From positions 155 to 64,154 of the forward strand of contig CAZLCD010000003.1 in NCBI GenBank assembly GCA_964558375.1: a stretch of DNA of 64,000 bases, read 5' to 3'. Positions 27,756 through 38,701 of this stretch are shown piece after piece. The first letter of the stretch is position 1, and each line of letters opens with the position of its first letter. The translations under genes were made by a program, and so were the position numbers. Below the pieces are notes generated by a model that was given only the letters and a program-made list of their open reading frames with translations, did not search any database and was not told the origin of the DNA. Origin of the DNA: an uncultured Candidatus Saccharibacteria bacterium. GTDB taxonomy: Bacteria; Patescibacteriota; Minisyncoccia; Phycocordibacterales; PALSA-1337.

Positions 27756-28784
27756 GTGAAAATACTAATTATTACCCAAAAATTAGATGCTTCAGATCCA
27801 ATTTTAGGTTTTTTCCATCGCTGGATAGAGGAATTTTCTAAGCATGTAGAAAGTTTAACTGTCATATGCTTGTATAAGGGTGAATATGATTTACCTAAAA
27901 ATGTAAAAGTTCTTTCTCTTGGAAAAGAGGCTGGTGAGTCAAGAATAAAATATATAATTAACTTTTATAAATATATTTGGCGAGAAAGAAAAAATTACGA
28001 CAATGTTTTTGTACATATGAATCAAATATATGTTCTGCTAGGAGGTATATTCTGGAAGTTAGTGGGGAAGAAAATATCGCTTTGGTATACGCATAAGAGT
28101 GTGACTGTATCTTTGAGAATTGCTTTGATAATAGTTGATAATATCTTTACTGCATCAAAAGAAAGTTTCCGTATCAAGAGTGATAAGTTAAAGGTAACTG
28201 GTCATGGAATTGATACGGGGATATTTAAACCAATACAAAGAGAGGGGAATAATATGGTTAAAATAATATCTGTTGGAAGATTGAGTTCAGTAAAAGGATA
28301 TGAATATATTATTTCAGCTATGGATTTGATGAATAATAAAACCATATGTGAAATATGGGGGAGTGCTAGCCTTTCTTCTGATAAAGAATATGTAGATAAG
28401 TTAAAGATTGATATAGAAAAACAGATACCACAAAAAGTTTTTCTAAAAGGCTCAATACCTCAGGATAAATTGAATAATGTTCTAAATACTGCAGATATAT
28501 TCATCAATATAAGTTCAACTGGAAGTTTAGATAAAGCAATACTAGAAGCTATGTCTGCTGGAGTTATTGTAATAACTTCTAATGAAGCATTTAGTGATAT
28601 TTTGTCGATCTATCCATATATATATGTATCAAGGGATGTAAAAAAAATAGCTGAATCAATAGAAAAAGTTATATCTCTTTCTCTAGAACAAAAGATGGAA
28701 ATATCAAATTATTTCAGAAAATATGTACAAGAAAATCACTCACTCAAAACACTAATCCCTAAACTAGTTTCTTATATTAAATAA
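27756..28784 (+). CDS. glycosyltransferase (GT4-like)
   Basis: Two-domain GT-B-like layout. C-terminal …TGSLDKAILEAMSAGVIVITSNEAFSDIL resembles the GT4 E-x7-E region. Confidence 0.5.
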   Translation: MKILIITQKLDASDPILGFFHRWIEEFSKHVESLTVICLYKGEYDLPKNVKVLSLGKEAGESRIKYIINFYKYIWRERKNYDNVFVHMNQIYVLLGGIFWKLVGKKISLWYTHKSVTVSLRIALIIVDNIFTASKESFRIKSDKLKVTGHGIDTGIFKPIQREGNNMVKIISVGRLSSVKGYEYIISAMDLMNNKTICEIWGSASLSSDKEYVDKLKIDIEKQIPQKVFLKGSIPQDKLNNVLNTADIFINISSTGSLDKAILEAMSAGVIVITSNEAFSDILSIYPYIYVSRDVKKIAESIEKVISLSLEQKMEISNYFRKYVQENHSLKTLIPKLVSYIK

Positions 28785-29993
28785 ATGAAAAAGATACTTG
28801 TCGTATGTCCCATAATTCCATATCCTGAAAATGGAGCTGAGCAGTTAGATCGTGCTAATGGAATAAGGCAATTAATAAGACTTGGATATGAAGTTAGAGT
28901 AATTGCAAAACGTCGTCCATACCAAAAGGATATTGATATTGAAGCTTTTTCGAAATCTGTTGGAGGGGTTATTGTTAAAACTGTTCTATATAAATACACT
29001 CTTTCAGGTAAGTCTCTTTTAAATAAGATATCGATCATACTAAAACGTTTAAGAAAACTATCATATCTAGATGGTGCAGCTTTTGAATACAGTGATCCGG
29101 AAATACAGAATCTGGTTGATAAAGAAATAAAAGAATGGAAACCAGATGCTCTATGGTTTGAATATACATACCTATGGTCTCTGTATCACTTGGCAGAGAA
29201 AAACAACATTCCAATTATTACCAGATCAATTAACTACGAACCTAATCATTTTCTAGATGAAGATGGAAGAACAATTCTAAACTATATAAAATCTATACCA
29301 AAATTTTTAAGTGAAAGAAAGGTTGTCAAAAGCAGTGATCTAGTTTGTTCTATCACTCCACTAGAAGAAAAGATATATATAAAACTAGGAGCAAAAAATA
29401 CAATAACTCTACCGCTAAGAGGTCTACCAGGTTTGCCTGAACACATATTTAGGGTCAATGATGGAAAAGTAAACTTGTTTTTTATGGGATCTACATATAA
29501 TGTTTCTCATAACAAAAATGCTGCATTGTTCATAATAGACTCCATAGCTCCCGCTCTGGCTTCAATATCTCCTAAATTTAATATATACATAACAGGTTCA
29601 AAGCTACGTAGTGACATTGAAACCAGATTACCTTCTAATGTTATATACAAAGGATTTGTAAAAGATTTAGATGTTTTTCTGAATGATATGGATATCGCAA
29701 TAGTACCTTCATTGTTTGGGGCCGGTATGCAGCAGAAAATATTTGAACCATTAATGCGAGGATTTCCAACAATTACTTCTAATCGAGGAATTGCTGAATA
29801 TCCATTTGTTGACGGTGTAGATTTTTTGAATGCAGATACTGTTGATGAATATATTTCTTGTATAAAAAAGTTGAGTAGTGACTATGAATCTTCTGTAAGA
29901 ATTGGAAAAGCTGCCAGAGAGAAATCTTTAGAGATTTTTAACCAATCAGCTACAGATGAGAAGCTATCCCAAGCCTTAAGAAAGATAGTGTGA
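28785..29993 (+). CDS. glycosyltransferase family 4
   Basis: …VPSLFGAGMQQKIFEPLMRGFPTITSNRGIAEY… GT-B C-terminal domain pattern. Confidence 0.6.
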   Translation: MKKILVVCPIIPYPENGAEQLDRANGIRQLIRLGYEVRVIAKRRPYQKDIDIEAFSKSVGGVIVKTVLYKYTLSGKSLLNKISIILKRLRKLSYLDGAAFEYSDPEIQNLVDKEIKEWKPDALWFEYTYLWSLYHLAEKNNIPIITRSINYEPNHFLDEDGRTILNYIKSIPKFLSERKVVKSSDLVCSITPLEEKIYIKLGAKNTITLPLRGLPGLPEHIFRVNDGKVNLFFMGSTYNVSHNKNAALFIIDSIAPALASISPKFNIYITGSKLRSDIETRLPSNVIYKGFVKDLDVFLNDMDIAIVPSLFGAGMQQKIFEPLMRGFPTITSNRGIAEYPFVDGVDFLNADTVDEYISCIKKLSSDYESSVRIGKAAREKSLEIFNQSATDEKLSQALRKIV

Positions 29994-30028
29994 CTTTTAA
30001 CTGTCCATCCAGTATACTTTTGACATAA

Positions 30029-31843
30029 ATGTGTGCTATAAACGGCTTTAACTGGGAGGACAAAGAACTTATCGAAAAGATGAATCGATGCTTGTCTCAT
30101 CGTGGTCCAGATGGATCTGGCACCTTCTTAACTCCAGAAATATCTCTAGGTCATAACCGTCTAAGTATTATCGACACAAGAGTCATGGCTAATCAACCAA
30201 TGAATAGTGATGACGGAAGATATATTATTGTTTTCAATGGAGAAATATATAACTTTGGAGATATAAAAAGGGAATTGGATGGATACATATTCTCAACCAA
30301 CAGTGACACTGAAGTTATCTTGGCTGCATACAAAAAGTGGGGAAAGGAATGTGTTAGTCGACTAAATGGAATGTTTGCCTTTGCGATTTGGGATACTATT
30401 GAAAAAAGTTTGTTCATAACAAGAGATCCTGTAGGAATAAAACCTCTGTACTATCACTTTGATGGTAAAAAATTAATATTTTCATCTGAGATAAAAGCAA
30501 TATTAGAACACCCACTTCCTAGAATATTGAATACTGAAGCCTTTTCTTTGTATATGAGAGTCCTATATACTCCAGAACCCCATACTCTTTTTGAGGGAAT
30601 AAATAAGCTTACACCTGGCCATACAATTTTTTTAAAGAACAATAATTTAAGTATTAATAAATACACTCCATACAAAGTAAACTATCAAAAAGAGGAATAT
30701 GGTAATCCTTCAAAACTAAAGGAGAAGATAGGGTTGGCGGTTAAGAGACAGCTGATATCTGATAGACCACTCGGAGTATATCTTTCTGGAGGTGTAGACT
30801 CTACAACTGTTTTGAATGCAGTTTCTAATGTTCAGAAAAATATTACAACATTTAGTGTTGGTTTTGAGTTGAGTGAGGGGGAACAAGAAGAGAAGTTTAA
30901 TAAAGATATGCTCTTAGCTAGAAAGACTGCTCAATTGTATAAAACTGATCATCATGAAGTTCTAGTTAAGAAAGATGAGGTTATAAATCTTTTGGAAGAA
31001 GCTTCCTACATCTTTGATGAACCAGTTTCTAACCCAACAATTATTCCTATGATAAAGCTTGCACGTTTTGCTAAAGAAAAAGTCACAGTTGTACTAGGTG
31101 GTGATGGAGGAGATGAGCTTTTTGGAGGATATGAAAGATATAGACTGAGTCTTATTTCTCAATACTATCAACTCCTTCCTTCTTTTATAACAAAAATTCT
31201 TAATAATTTTAGTAAGTTCAATAAGTTAGATACCCATAAAGGTGTTGAACAATTCATGTTGTTTATGTTCCAGAAAGACAAGAATGTAAGTAGAGTTTTA
31301 AATGAGAAAAATAACTCCTTACCAAAAGAATTTTTCGATAAGAAATACTTTAGTGATACATATAAATCAGGTCCTGAACTTCTAATGAATGTAGATCAAA
31401 ACAGTTGGCTCGTAGATGAATCCCTACTTCGAAGTGATAAGACTTCAATGTCTGCAGGTCTTGAACTCAGAGTTCCTCTACTGGATCTGGAAATAGTAGA
31501 TTATGCAAAACATATTCCTGTAAAAGAAAAAGTTAGTCCTAATTCAACTAAAAAGATTTTAAAGAATGCTATGAAAGGTATTCTTCCAGAATATATCCTA
31601 AAACAACCTAAGAGAGGATGGTTTTCTCCTGGAGCAAAATGGCTCCGAGATCCTAAGGTTTTAGTGTACGTAACTAATGTTTTGAGTGAGGAATACTACA
31701 CTCCAACGAAAGATATATTTAACTGGAAAGAAGTTAAAGATATGCTTGATGAGCATGCAAGAGGTGATTCATATCATTTTACTATGCTCTGGGCTATAAT
31801 ATCTTTTCAGTTGTGGGCTAAGAGGTATAATATAAAGCTATAA
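30029..31843 (+). CDS. asnB: asparagine synthase (glutamine-hydrolysing)-family amidotransferase (AsnB/WbpS-like)
   Basis: N-terminal nucleophile MCAINGF, Ntn glutaminase domain, and the PP-loop SGGVDSTTV of the synthetase domain. 604 aa. Confidence 0.85.
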   Translation: MCAINGFNWEDKELIEKMNRCLSHRGPDGSGTFLTPEISLGHNRLSIIDTRVMANQPMNSDDGRYIIVFNGEIYNFGDIKRELDGYIFSTNSDTEVILAAYKKWGKECVSRLNGMFAFAIWDTIEKSLFITRDPVGIKPLYYHFDGKKLIFSSEIKAILEHPLPRILNTEAFSLYMRVLYTPEPHTLFEGINKLTPGHTIFLKNNNLSINKYTPYKVNYQKEEYGNPSKLKEKIGLAVKRQLISDRPLGVYLSGGVDSTTVLNAVSNVQKNITTFSVGFELSEGEQEEKFNKDMLLARKTAQLYKTDHHEVLVKKDEVINLLEEASYIFDEPVSNPTIIPMIKLARFAKEKVTVVLGGDGGDELFGGYERYRLSLISQYYQLLPSFITKILNNFSKFNKLDTHKGVEQFMLFMFQKDKNVSRVLNEKNNSLPKEFFDKKYFSDTYKSGPELLMNVDQNSWLVDESLLRSDKTSMSAGLELRVPLLDLEIVDYAKHIPVKEKVSPNSTKKILKNAMKGILPEYILKQPKRGWFSPGAKWLRDPKVLVYVTNVLSEEYYTPTKDIFNWKEVKDMLDEHARGDSYHFTMLWAIISFQLWAKRYNIKL

Positions 31844-31844
31844 A

Positions 31845-32900
31845 ATGAAAGCACTCTATATATATTCTGGAGATAGATCACAAAAGTTTAAAGGAGTTGC
31901 TGGCGTTGACTATCCTGATACACAGTTCTACGGAATGAATCATCTATATCAATTTGGAATAGATGCAGAATACAAAGAATTTGAAACATATCCTCTAGGA
32001 AGATTTCTTGCAAAGATATTTGGCTTTAGAATAAAACATTTGTTCATGTACTTTGTAGCTCGTAAATATGATGTCGCTTTCGGTATTTCCATAATGTACA
32101 TGCTTTTCTGGAAGAAGTTTCTTCGTTCAAAAACAAAGTTTATAATATTCAACTCGGTACTAAATAGAATGTTCATAGTTCACAAGGAAGGGTCTTTTAA
32201 GAGAAAAATGTTGTTATGGTTCCTAAAAGAAGTAGATGGAATTGTATTTCTAGCCAAGGTTCATATGGATCGTGTATTGGAAAGAGCTCATTTTTTGAAA
32301 GACAGAGTATTTTTTGTGCCAATGGGAGTGGATTCAAAATACTACAAACCAATCTATGAAGACAGGGAAGACTTCATTTTGTCTGTAGGTAGGGACAATG
32401 CTAGAGACTACAAAACAGTTATTGAAGTTGCTCGAAAAATGCCTAATGAACAATTTCATATAGTATGTCTACCTAGAAATATACAGGGAAATAAAGATAT
32501 ACCATCAAATGTTCATGTCCATTTCAATATTCCTCTTGCAGAGCTACAAAGAATGTACAAAAAAGCTAAGGTTTTGCTTCTCATAATGCATAATGATACA
32601 TATATCGATGGTTCAGATTCTTCTGGTCCGACCGTACTACTCGAAGCTATGGCTATAGGTTTACCGATAATATCAAGTAAGAAAGAATACCTAAAAGACT
32701 ATATAGATCATGGAAAAGATGCTCTAATTGTCGATTTTTACGATACTGATGATATAGTAGAGAGTATTAAAAAGCTTTCAGATGCATCTTTACGAAAGGA
32801 GATGGCAATGAATGCAAGAAAGAAGGTTGATTCAGTGTTTAATACAAAAGAGATGGCGCGAGGTATTTCTGAAGTATTCAAAAAAGTATATGCAAAATAA
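31845..32900 (+). CDS. glycosyltransferase (GT4-like)
   Basis: C-terminus GSDSSGPTVLLEAMAIGLPIISSKKEYLKDYIDHGKDALIV. Confidence 0.55.
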   Translation: MKALYIYSGDRSQKFKGVAGVDYPDTQFYGMNHLYQFGIDAEYKEFETYPLGRFLAKIFGFRIKHLFMYFVARKYDVAFGISIMYMLFWKKFLRSKTKFIIFNSVLNRMFIVHKEGSFKRKMLLWFLKEVDGIVFLAKVHMDRVLERAHFLKDRVFFVPMGVDSKYYKPIYEDREDFILSVGRDNARDYKTVIEVARKMPNEQFHIVCLPRNIQGNKDIPSNVHVHFNIPLAELQRMYKKAKVLLLIMHNDTYIDGSDSSGPTVLLEAMAIGLPIISSKKEYLKDYIDHGKDALIVDFYDTDDIVESIKKLSDASLRKEMAMNARKKVDSVFNTKEMARGISEVFKKVYAK

Positions 32901-33828
32901 TCAATACAACATACCAGTTCTCTCAAAAGATATATATTGGGGTAAGATTCCTGAACAAGAGTTGGGGGATATTATAGATCTAATAGAAGAAAAGGGATTT
33001 TCTGTGTTTGATTCAAAGATGCAAAAGAAACTAGATTTCACTTATGATGAAGACCGTGCAGATTGGAGAGTAAATATCCCATTAACAAAAGATTCAACAA
33101 TACTAGATATTGGTGCTGGTCTTGGACGTATATCAATTCCCCTAGCTAGAGTTTCTAAAAAAGTTGTTGCTTGTGATACATCTCTTTCGAGAATGCGTTT
33201 TCTAAAGAAAAGAGCAGAGGCTGAAGGACTTTCTAATATAGAAGTAATGGTTGCAGATGTTTATAATCTTCCATTCAAAGAAAATACTTTTGATTTGATA
33301 GTTATGAATGGTGTTTTGGAATGGGTTGGTCTGACTGATCTATACAAAGACCCTAGAGAAGCTCAGATAAAGAGTTTGGAGATATGTAAGAAGCTATTGA
33401 AGAAAGGCGGATATCTGTACGTTGGTATAGAGAATAGATGGGCTTTGGTATACACAAGAGCTGCAGATCATGGAGGTTTGTTGTATACAAGTTATATGCC
33501 AAGATTTCTAGCTAGCATCTATTCACGTATCAGAGGAAAAGGATCATATAGAACATATACATATTCAAAGAAAGGATATGAAAATGTTTTTAAAGAAGCT
33601 TCGTTTGAAAATAAACCTGATTTCTATCTCCTTTACCCAGGATACAATCTTCCTCGAACTATAATTCCATACAGTAATCTGAATGCATTTAGATTTATGA
33701 TAAGTTCATTCAAGAGATCTAAAAACACCATCATAAACAAGGTTGTATCTCTCTTGGTTAAATCTTCAATATTCCTTCGAATATACCGATTCGTATTCTT
33801 CAGCTTTGGTATAATTATAAAAAAATGA
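32890..33828 (+). CDS. class I SAM-dependent methyltransferase
   Basis: Motif I ILDIGAGLGRISIPLA and acidic motif II VVACDTS, then DLIVMNGVLEW. Start trimmed to the internal Met (MQNNQ…). The track start 32812 overlaps the upstream gene by 89 nt. Confidence 0.65.
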   Translation: MQNNQYNIPVLSKDIYWGKIPEQELGDIIDLIEEKGFSVFDSKMQKKLDFTYDEDRADWRVNIPLTKDSTILDIGAGLGRISIPLARVSKKVVACDTSLSRMRFLKKRAEAEGLSNIEVMVADVYNLPFKENTFDLIVMNGVLEWVGLTDLYKDPREAQIKSLEICKKLLKKGGYLYVGIENRWALVYTRAADHGGLLYTSYMPRFLASIYSRIRGKGSYRTYTYSKKGYENVFKEASFENKPDFYLLYPGYNLPRTIIPYSNLNAFRFMISSFKRSKNTIINKVVSLLVKSSIFLRIYRFVFFSFGIIIKK

Positions 33829-34706
33829 TTTCTACTATAGAAAAAGTATTAAGAAAGGAGATGAATATCTCTCCAAAAACTAATTTAAGCTATCTTAAAT
33901 ACAGCACTCCGATTTCTGGTAAGGGTGTCGGATGCAAAGTTATATTTTTCGTATTTGTTGGAGAAAATAAGATGCCAAGTTTTGTTGTTAAGTCTGTAAG
34001 AACAGAAATTAATGCTTTTAGCATACGAGAAGGATACGAGAATATGTCACTTCTTAATAACCTTACAAAAAATACAGAATTTGATTCCATGTTTCCAAAG
34101 ATGATACATATCCATGATGATAATGGTGGTATTTTTACAATAGAAACTATGTGTTCAGGTTTAAAGATGGGTAGAGACGAGAATATAGATAAAGTATTTA
34201 AAATATATACCTCTTTTTCTAAACATCTTCTCTCTTCTTCTAAAGATAAAATCCTGTTAAACTTTGAGTATGGCAAAAAAATACTAGAAAGTTTAAATGG
34301 TTCTAAGGAAGATATAGATAACCTCTCTAAATATCTCTTAGGGTTATGGAATAACCTCAATGTTGAACTACCTTCCATATATCAGCACGGAGATCTAACT
34401 ATCGATAATATATTGTTGGATAGAGGAAATGTGAGAATGATAGACTGCGATACTTTTGGAAATATTAGAGTTCCAGGATTCGATATCTCCCATCTATCAA
34501 CGAGAAAAAAACTATTTAACTCTCTAGATAGACTAAATACATATTTTAAGGATATGAATATTAGTTATACGGTAGATAAAAAGATATTGTCCATATATTT
34601 CCTTCATGAACTCTACATTAAAAAAGACTATATCCTACTCAAAAAAAATTCTGAAGAGGTAATTAAAGATTTTGAAAATATATTAAAGATATATAACCTT
34701 AACTAA
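33825..34706 (+). CDS. phosphotransferase-family kinase-like protein (APH/choline-kinase fold)
   Basis: YQHGDLTIDNILLDRGNVRMIDCDTFG matches the HGDxxxxN…IDxD catalytic loop plus DFG-like pattern. Confidence 0.45.
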   Translation: MISTIEKVLRKEMNISPKTNLSYLKYSTPISGKGVGCKVIFFVFVGENKMPSFVVKSVRTEINAFSIREGYENMSLLNNLTKNTEFDSMFPKMIHIHDDNGGIFTIETMCSGLKMGRDENIDKVFKIYTSFSKHLLSSSKDKILLNFEYGKKILESLNGSKEDIDNLSKYLLGLWNNLNVELPSIYQHGDLTIDNILLDRGNVRMIDCDTFGNIRVPGFDISHLSTRKKLFNSLDRLNTYFKDMNISYTVDKKILSIYFLHELYIKKDYILLKKNSEEVIKDFENILKIYNLN

Positions 34707-34707
34707 T

Positions 34708-35895
34708 ATGACTACAATTCTGCATATAACTAGAATGAACTTCCTTTCAAACAAGGCTCATGTGTATACAACTACAAAAACATGTGAAGCTTTGGCTATG
34801 CAGGAGAATACCAAAGTCATACTTCTAAGTTCTGATAACAGTTTGATTTCAAATGATGCTAAGGATAGTTTCTTTAAAAAACACGATATATTAAAAAGAT
34901 TTGATATTGTTTCGCTAAACTCATTCTCGAATAAACTAAAGGGAAGTAAGATTCGTCCAGTAAACTGGATGGAAACAATTTCAGTTAATATATCCATATT
35001 GAATTATGTCCTTTTTAACTCAAAGAAATTTGATATTTTGTACTATAGAGACTGCTCACTAATCCTACCAATCCTAGCTTCAAAATATATTCTAAGTAAA
35101 CCCATATTCATAGAACTTCATGCTGTACTTCATAAGAAACACGGACAGTTTTCAATTAACTTCTTCTCAAAGATATCGAATGGTCTAATTACAATAAGTT
35201 ATAGTTTGAAAGAATACTATAAAAAGATTAATTCAAAAATAATGGTTGCTTTCTGTGCTGCTGCAGAACCAGAAAGATTTGCTTTGATTAAAGAAAGTAA
35301 TGGAGAGTTAAGAAATATATTAAACCTACCAAAAGACAAGACAATACTCATGTATTCTGGAAATCTGTATAAAACAGGAAACTATGATTCATATGGTATA
35401 GAAGATATTGTAAATGCCATGCCTTTTGTAAGTAATTCATTCGTGTTTGTTGGAGTGGGAAAAAAAGGAAATGAGACAAAGGAACATGAGGAACTGGCTT
35501 TAAGGCTTGGAATACAGAATAAAATAATATTTCTTCCTTGGGTGAGTAAACAAAAAGTATATGAATATTGGAAAGCTTCTGATATGCTCCTGCTTCCAGC
35601 TGCGGGAGCACAGATAGGTAATTCTCCAACAAAAATGTTCGAATACCTTGCTGCGGAAAAACCAATAATCTCTGCCCGCACTAAAGCTATTGAAGAAGTG
35701 CTTGAAGATAAAAAGAATGCTCTATTAATTTCAAACTATAAAGATCCACAAGAGTGGGCACGAGCAATAGAAAGTATGGCTAGTGATGTTGTTTTGCGTG
35801 ATAATCTAATAAAACAAGCTATGCTTGATAGCAAGAGATATACATGGGAGAATCGAGGTCTTGAGATATTGAAATTCATTAATAAAAGTCTATGA
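34708..35895 (+). CDS. glycosyltransferase family 4
   Basis: GT-B C-terminal domain: …LLLPAAGAQIGNSPTKMFEYLAAEKPIISARTKAIEEVLEDKKNALLI. Confidence 0.6.
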   Translation: MTTILHITRMNFLSNKAHVYTTTKTCEALAMQENTKVILLSSDNSLISNDAKDSFFKKHDILKRFDIVSLNSFSNKLKGSKIRPVNWMETISVNISILNYVLFNSKKFDILYYRDCSLILPILASKYILSKPIFIELHAVLHKKHGQFSINFFSKISNGLITISYSLKEYYKKINSKIMVAFCAAAEPERFALIKESNGELRNILNLPKDKTILMYSGNLYKTGNYDSYGIEDIVNAMPFVSNSFVFVGVGKKGNETKEHEELALRLGIQNKIIFLPWVSKQKVYEYWKASDMLLLPAAGAQIGNSPTKMFEYLAAEKPIISARTKAIEEVLEDKKNALLISNYKDPQEWARAIESMASDVVLRDNLIKQAMLDSKRYTWENRGLEILKFINKSL

Positions 35896-36818
35896 ATCTA
35901 AAAGGTATAATATATTACATACTTCACTACACTGGATTTAACTATATCTACAGTCTTTTCCTCAACAAAAAACTCTTCATTGTTATGTATCACAGTATAG
36001 GGAACAAAGAGAATGCGGATCGACTATTAAATCATCTATACAGTCACATATCAGTAGACTCTAAGAAGTTTGAAGAACATATTGAATACCTTAAAAAAAG
36101 TGGTCATACATTCATATCGTTTAAAGATATATCTAGAATAAAGTCTGATAACATAAAGAAACCAACTATCATATATTTCGATGATGGATTCAAAGATGTT
36201 CTTGAAAATGCTCTGCCAATACTCGAAAAAAATAATATCCCAGCTACAATTTTTGTAGTTACAGGTATTCTAGATAAGACTGAGATGCTATGGACTATTC
36301 TATACAAAGAAGCTTTAACAAAACAGAATATTTCTCTAGAAAAACAAGCTGAAATGATAGAGAAAATAAAGACTGGTACAGAACAAGATAGAATAAATGT
36401 AATGAATCAATTTTCTTTAAAAGACTATCAATACCTTTTTGATATATTCCTTTCTTGGGATGATCTGAGAAATATATCTAAAAGAAATGTTCACACAGCT
36501 TCTCATAGTGTTTCTCATATGCGAATGAATGAGCTATCAGAATCAGACTTCAAAAAAGAAATAGCTGTTTCTAAGAATCGCACTGAGGAAGAATTGAGAG
36601 AAAAAGCTATATCATTCTCATTCCCATATGGTAGAGGAAGTGAAGAAATGGTTAAGGAGTTGTATAAAACTGGATATTCATATGTTGTATCGAAGGGTTG
36701 TGGAATAAATGAAGTAAATGAGACTAAAAATATATATCTAAAGAACATTTCACCTAAACCAAATGATTCTCTAATGATGTTTAAGTTAAGACTATACTCT
36801 CTAAATATAAACAAATGA
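35892..36818 (+). CDS. polysaccharide deacetylase (NodB-homology domain, CE4)
   Basis: IIYFDDGFKDVLENALPILEKNNIPATIFVVTG (DD metal-binding motif 1) and TASHSVSHMRM (H-x-x-H-like motif 2). Confidence 0.7.
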   Translation: MNLKGIIYYILHYTGFNYIYSLFLNKKLFIVMYHSIGNKENADRLLNHLYSHISVDSKKFEEHIEYLKKSGHTFISFKDISRIKSDNIKKPTIIYFDDGFKDVLENALPILEKNNIPATIFVVTGILDKTEMLWTILYKEALTKQNISLEKQAEMIEKIKTGTEQDRINVMNQFSLKDYQYLFDIFLSWDDLRNISKRNVHTASHSVSHMRMNELSESDFKKEIAVSKNRTEEELREKAISFSFPYGRGSEEMVKELYKTGYSYVVSKGCGINEVNETKNIYLKNISPKPNDSLMMFKLRLYSLNINK

Positions 36819-37579
36819 TTACTGTAAAGAATCATCTTTTCCTAAAAACAGCCACTGTAATTTTTGAGGACGATCAAATAACTCCTCTGTTTAAAACTGG
36901 AAAATATTCTTCAATAGTTGCTGTGTCATACAAGAAGATGGATATTCCAAAGTTTGTTATGTACTCAAAACCAACTTTGTTAATAGATTTAACTAGAACC
37001 GAAGATGATATAATGGCAGGGTTTAATGATACTACTCGTAATGAAATACGAAAGACATTCAAGGATAATAGACTTAAGTTTGTAATAAAAGATTCTCCAG
37101 ACAAAGAATCCTATGAGATGTATAGAGAATTTGAATATTCTCAAGGAAGAGCCCCTGTAAGTATGAATGTTCTAAAGGAATCATTCTTTCTAGGTATTTC
37201 ACTCGACGATAAGTTAATTTCTGGTATATATGTGACTAAGAGTGATCCATATCTAAGAATTAGATCAATCTTCTCTAAGAGATTGAAGGTGGAAGATAAA
37301 GAAATATATAAACTAATAGCATATTCAACAAGAAGATTGATATGGGAAGCTTGTTCTTGGGGAAAGAAAGAGGGATATATTTCTCTCGATATGGCCTCTG
37401 TAAATATAAACAATCCAAAGACTGAAAGCATCGCTAGATTTAAGATGTCTTTTGGTAAAGATCTTGTAGATGAATATACTTATATATATAAATCTCCATT
37501 ATTTTCTTTTCTAGAGAAAATGGTTAGAATTAAGCTTCTCTTGAGAAAAGCTATATTCAAAATCAGAGAACTCTTTTAA
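36815..37579 (+). CDS. FemAB-family-like GNAT-fold transferase (aminoacyl-tRNA-dependent transferase-like)
   Basis: TTRNEIRKTFKDNRLKFVIK resembles the FemAB KTR.NIRKAEK.GV block. SIARFKMSFGKDLVDEYTY resembles the FemAB ..RFK..FGG block. Only 254 aa, so a single-domain version. Confidence 0.4.
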   Translation: MITVKNHLFLKTATVIFEDDQITPLFKTGKYSSIVAVSYKKMDIPKFVMYSKPTLLIDLTRTEDDIMAGFNDTTRNEIRKTFKDNRLKFVIKDSPDKESYEMYREFEYSQGRAPVSMNVLKESFFLGISLDDKLISGIYVTKSDPYLRIRSIFSKRLKVEDKEIYKLIAYSTRRLIWEACSWGKKEGYISLDMASVNINNPKTESIARFKMSFGKDLVDEYTYIYKSPLFSFLEKMVRIKLLLRKAIFKIRELF

Positions 37580-38697
37580 TGAAAATACTCATTCTCACAA
37601 ACTATCTCGGTAATCATGGAGGACTAGGAAGATACTCCTCTCAAGTAGTTAAAGCTTCCTCAGACCTTTCTTTGGATGTTAAGGTTTTAACTGAGGCTAA
37701 AGTGTCGACTTCTCCCATAGAACTCAATGTATTAAAACCAGTTTTTAATCAAAAGAAATGGAGGTTAATGTGGAATATAATTTTCAATATCATATCTGTT
37801 AGATGGTACAGTCGTGGGGTCGATGTAATCCACGCTCATGATGGTTGGCCATATGGATTCTATGCTTGGTTTGCTGTGTTGGGGACAAAAAAGAAACTGT
37901 ATATAACTGGTATTGGAACATATACAATCGCCCCACTAAAGGAAACGATACGAGGAATACTTCTACGTATGGCATACAAAAGAACTTCTAATATATTTTG
38001 TATAAGTGAATACGTGAGAGATAGGTTGTTAAAACTATGCCCACAAGCAAAAACATCTGTGGTGTTCATGGGAACAACTAGACTACCTGAAGTTTCAAAA
38101 GAAAAGATAGAAGAGAGTCGAATAAAGTTTGGATTAGAGAATACAAACCCCATCTTTCTAACTGTAGGTGATATAAAAAAGAGAAAGGGTCAATTAGATA
38201 CTCTGAAATCACTTAATTTGATAAAGAGTAAATATCCTAATTTTAAATATGTGATGATTGGAGATGATGCAGATACTAACTACATTAATTTAATAAAAAA
38301 TTTTGCTAAGGAGAATAATATTGAGAAAAATGTCTTAATAATCTCAAAGATGTATGATGATCTAGTACTGTCCTCTATGTATTCAATGTGTGATATCTTT
38401 ATGCTCAATTCTAATAATGATAGTGATCATTTTGAAGGCTTCGGACTGGTATTTCTAGAGGCGGCACAGTTTGGAAAACCAGTAATTGGTAGTAAAAATT
38501 GCGGTATTGAAAATGCCTTTAAGAACTGCTACAATGGGTTTTTAACAGAGCAGGGGAATCATAAGGATATAAGTGAGAAAGTGGAGAAGATTCTATCGGA
38601 CAAAGTAGGGGTTTTTGGTAAGAATTCGATGGAATTTTACAAAGGTTTCTCTTGGGAACATACCGCAAAGGCTTATGTAGATAACTACAAAAAATAA
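37579..38697 (+). CDS. glycosyltransferase family 4
   Basis: DHFEGFGLVFLEAAQFGKPVIGSKNCGIENAFKNCYNGFL is a classic E-x7-E GT4 motif. Confidence 0.7.
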   Translation: MKILILTNYLGNHGGLGRYSSQVVKASSDLSLDVKVLTEAKVSTSPIELNVLKPVFNQKKWRLMWNIIFNIISVRWYSRGVDVIHAHDGWPYGFYAWFAVLGTKKKLYITGIGTYTIAPLKETIRGILLRMAYKRTSNIFCISEYVRDRLLKLCPQAKTSVVFMGTTRLPEVSKEKIEESRIKFGLENTNPIFLTVGDIKKRKGQLDTLKSLNLIKSKYPNFKYVMIGDDADTNYINLIKNFAKENNIEKNVLIISKMYDDLVLSSMYSMCDIFMLNSNNDSDHFEGFGLVFLEAAQFGKPVIGSKNCGIENAFKNCYNGFLTEQGNHKDISEKVEKILSDKVGVFGKNSMEFYKGFSWEHTAKAYVDNYKK

Positions 38698-38701
38698 ATA
38701 T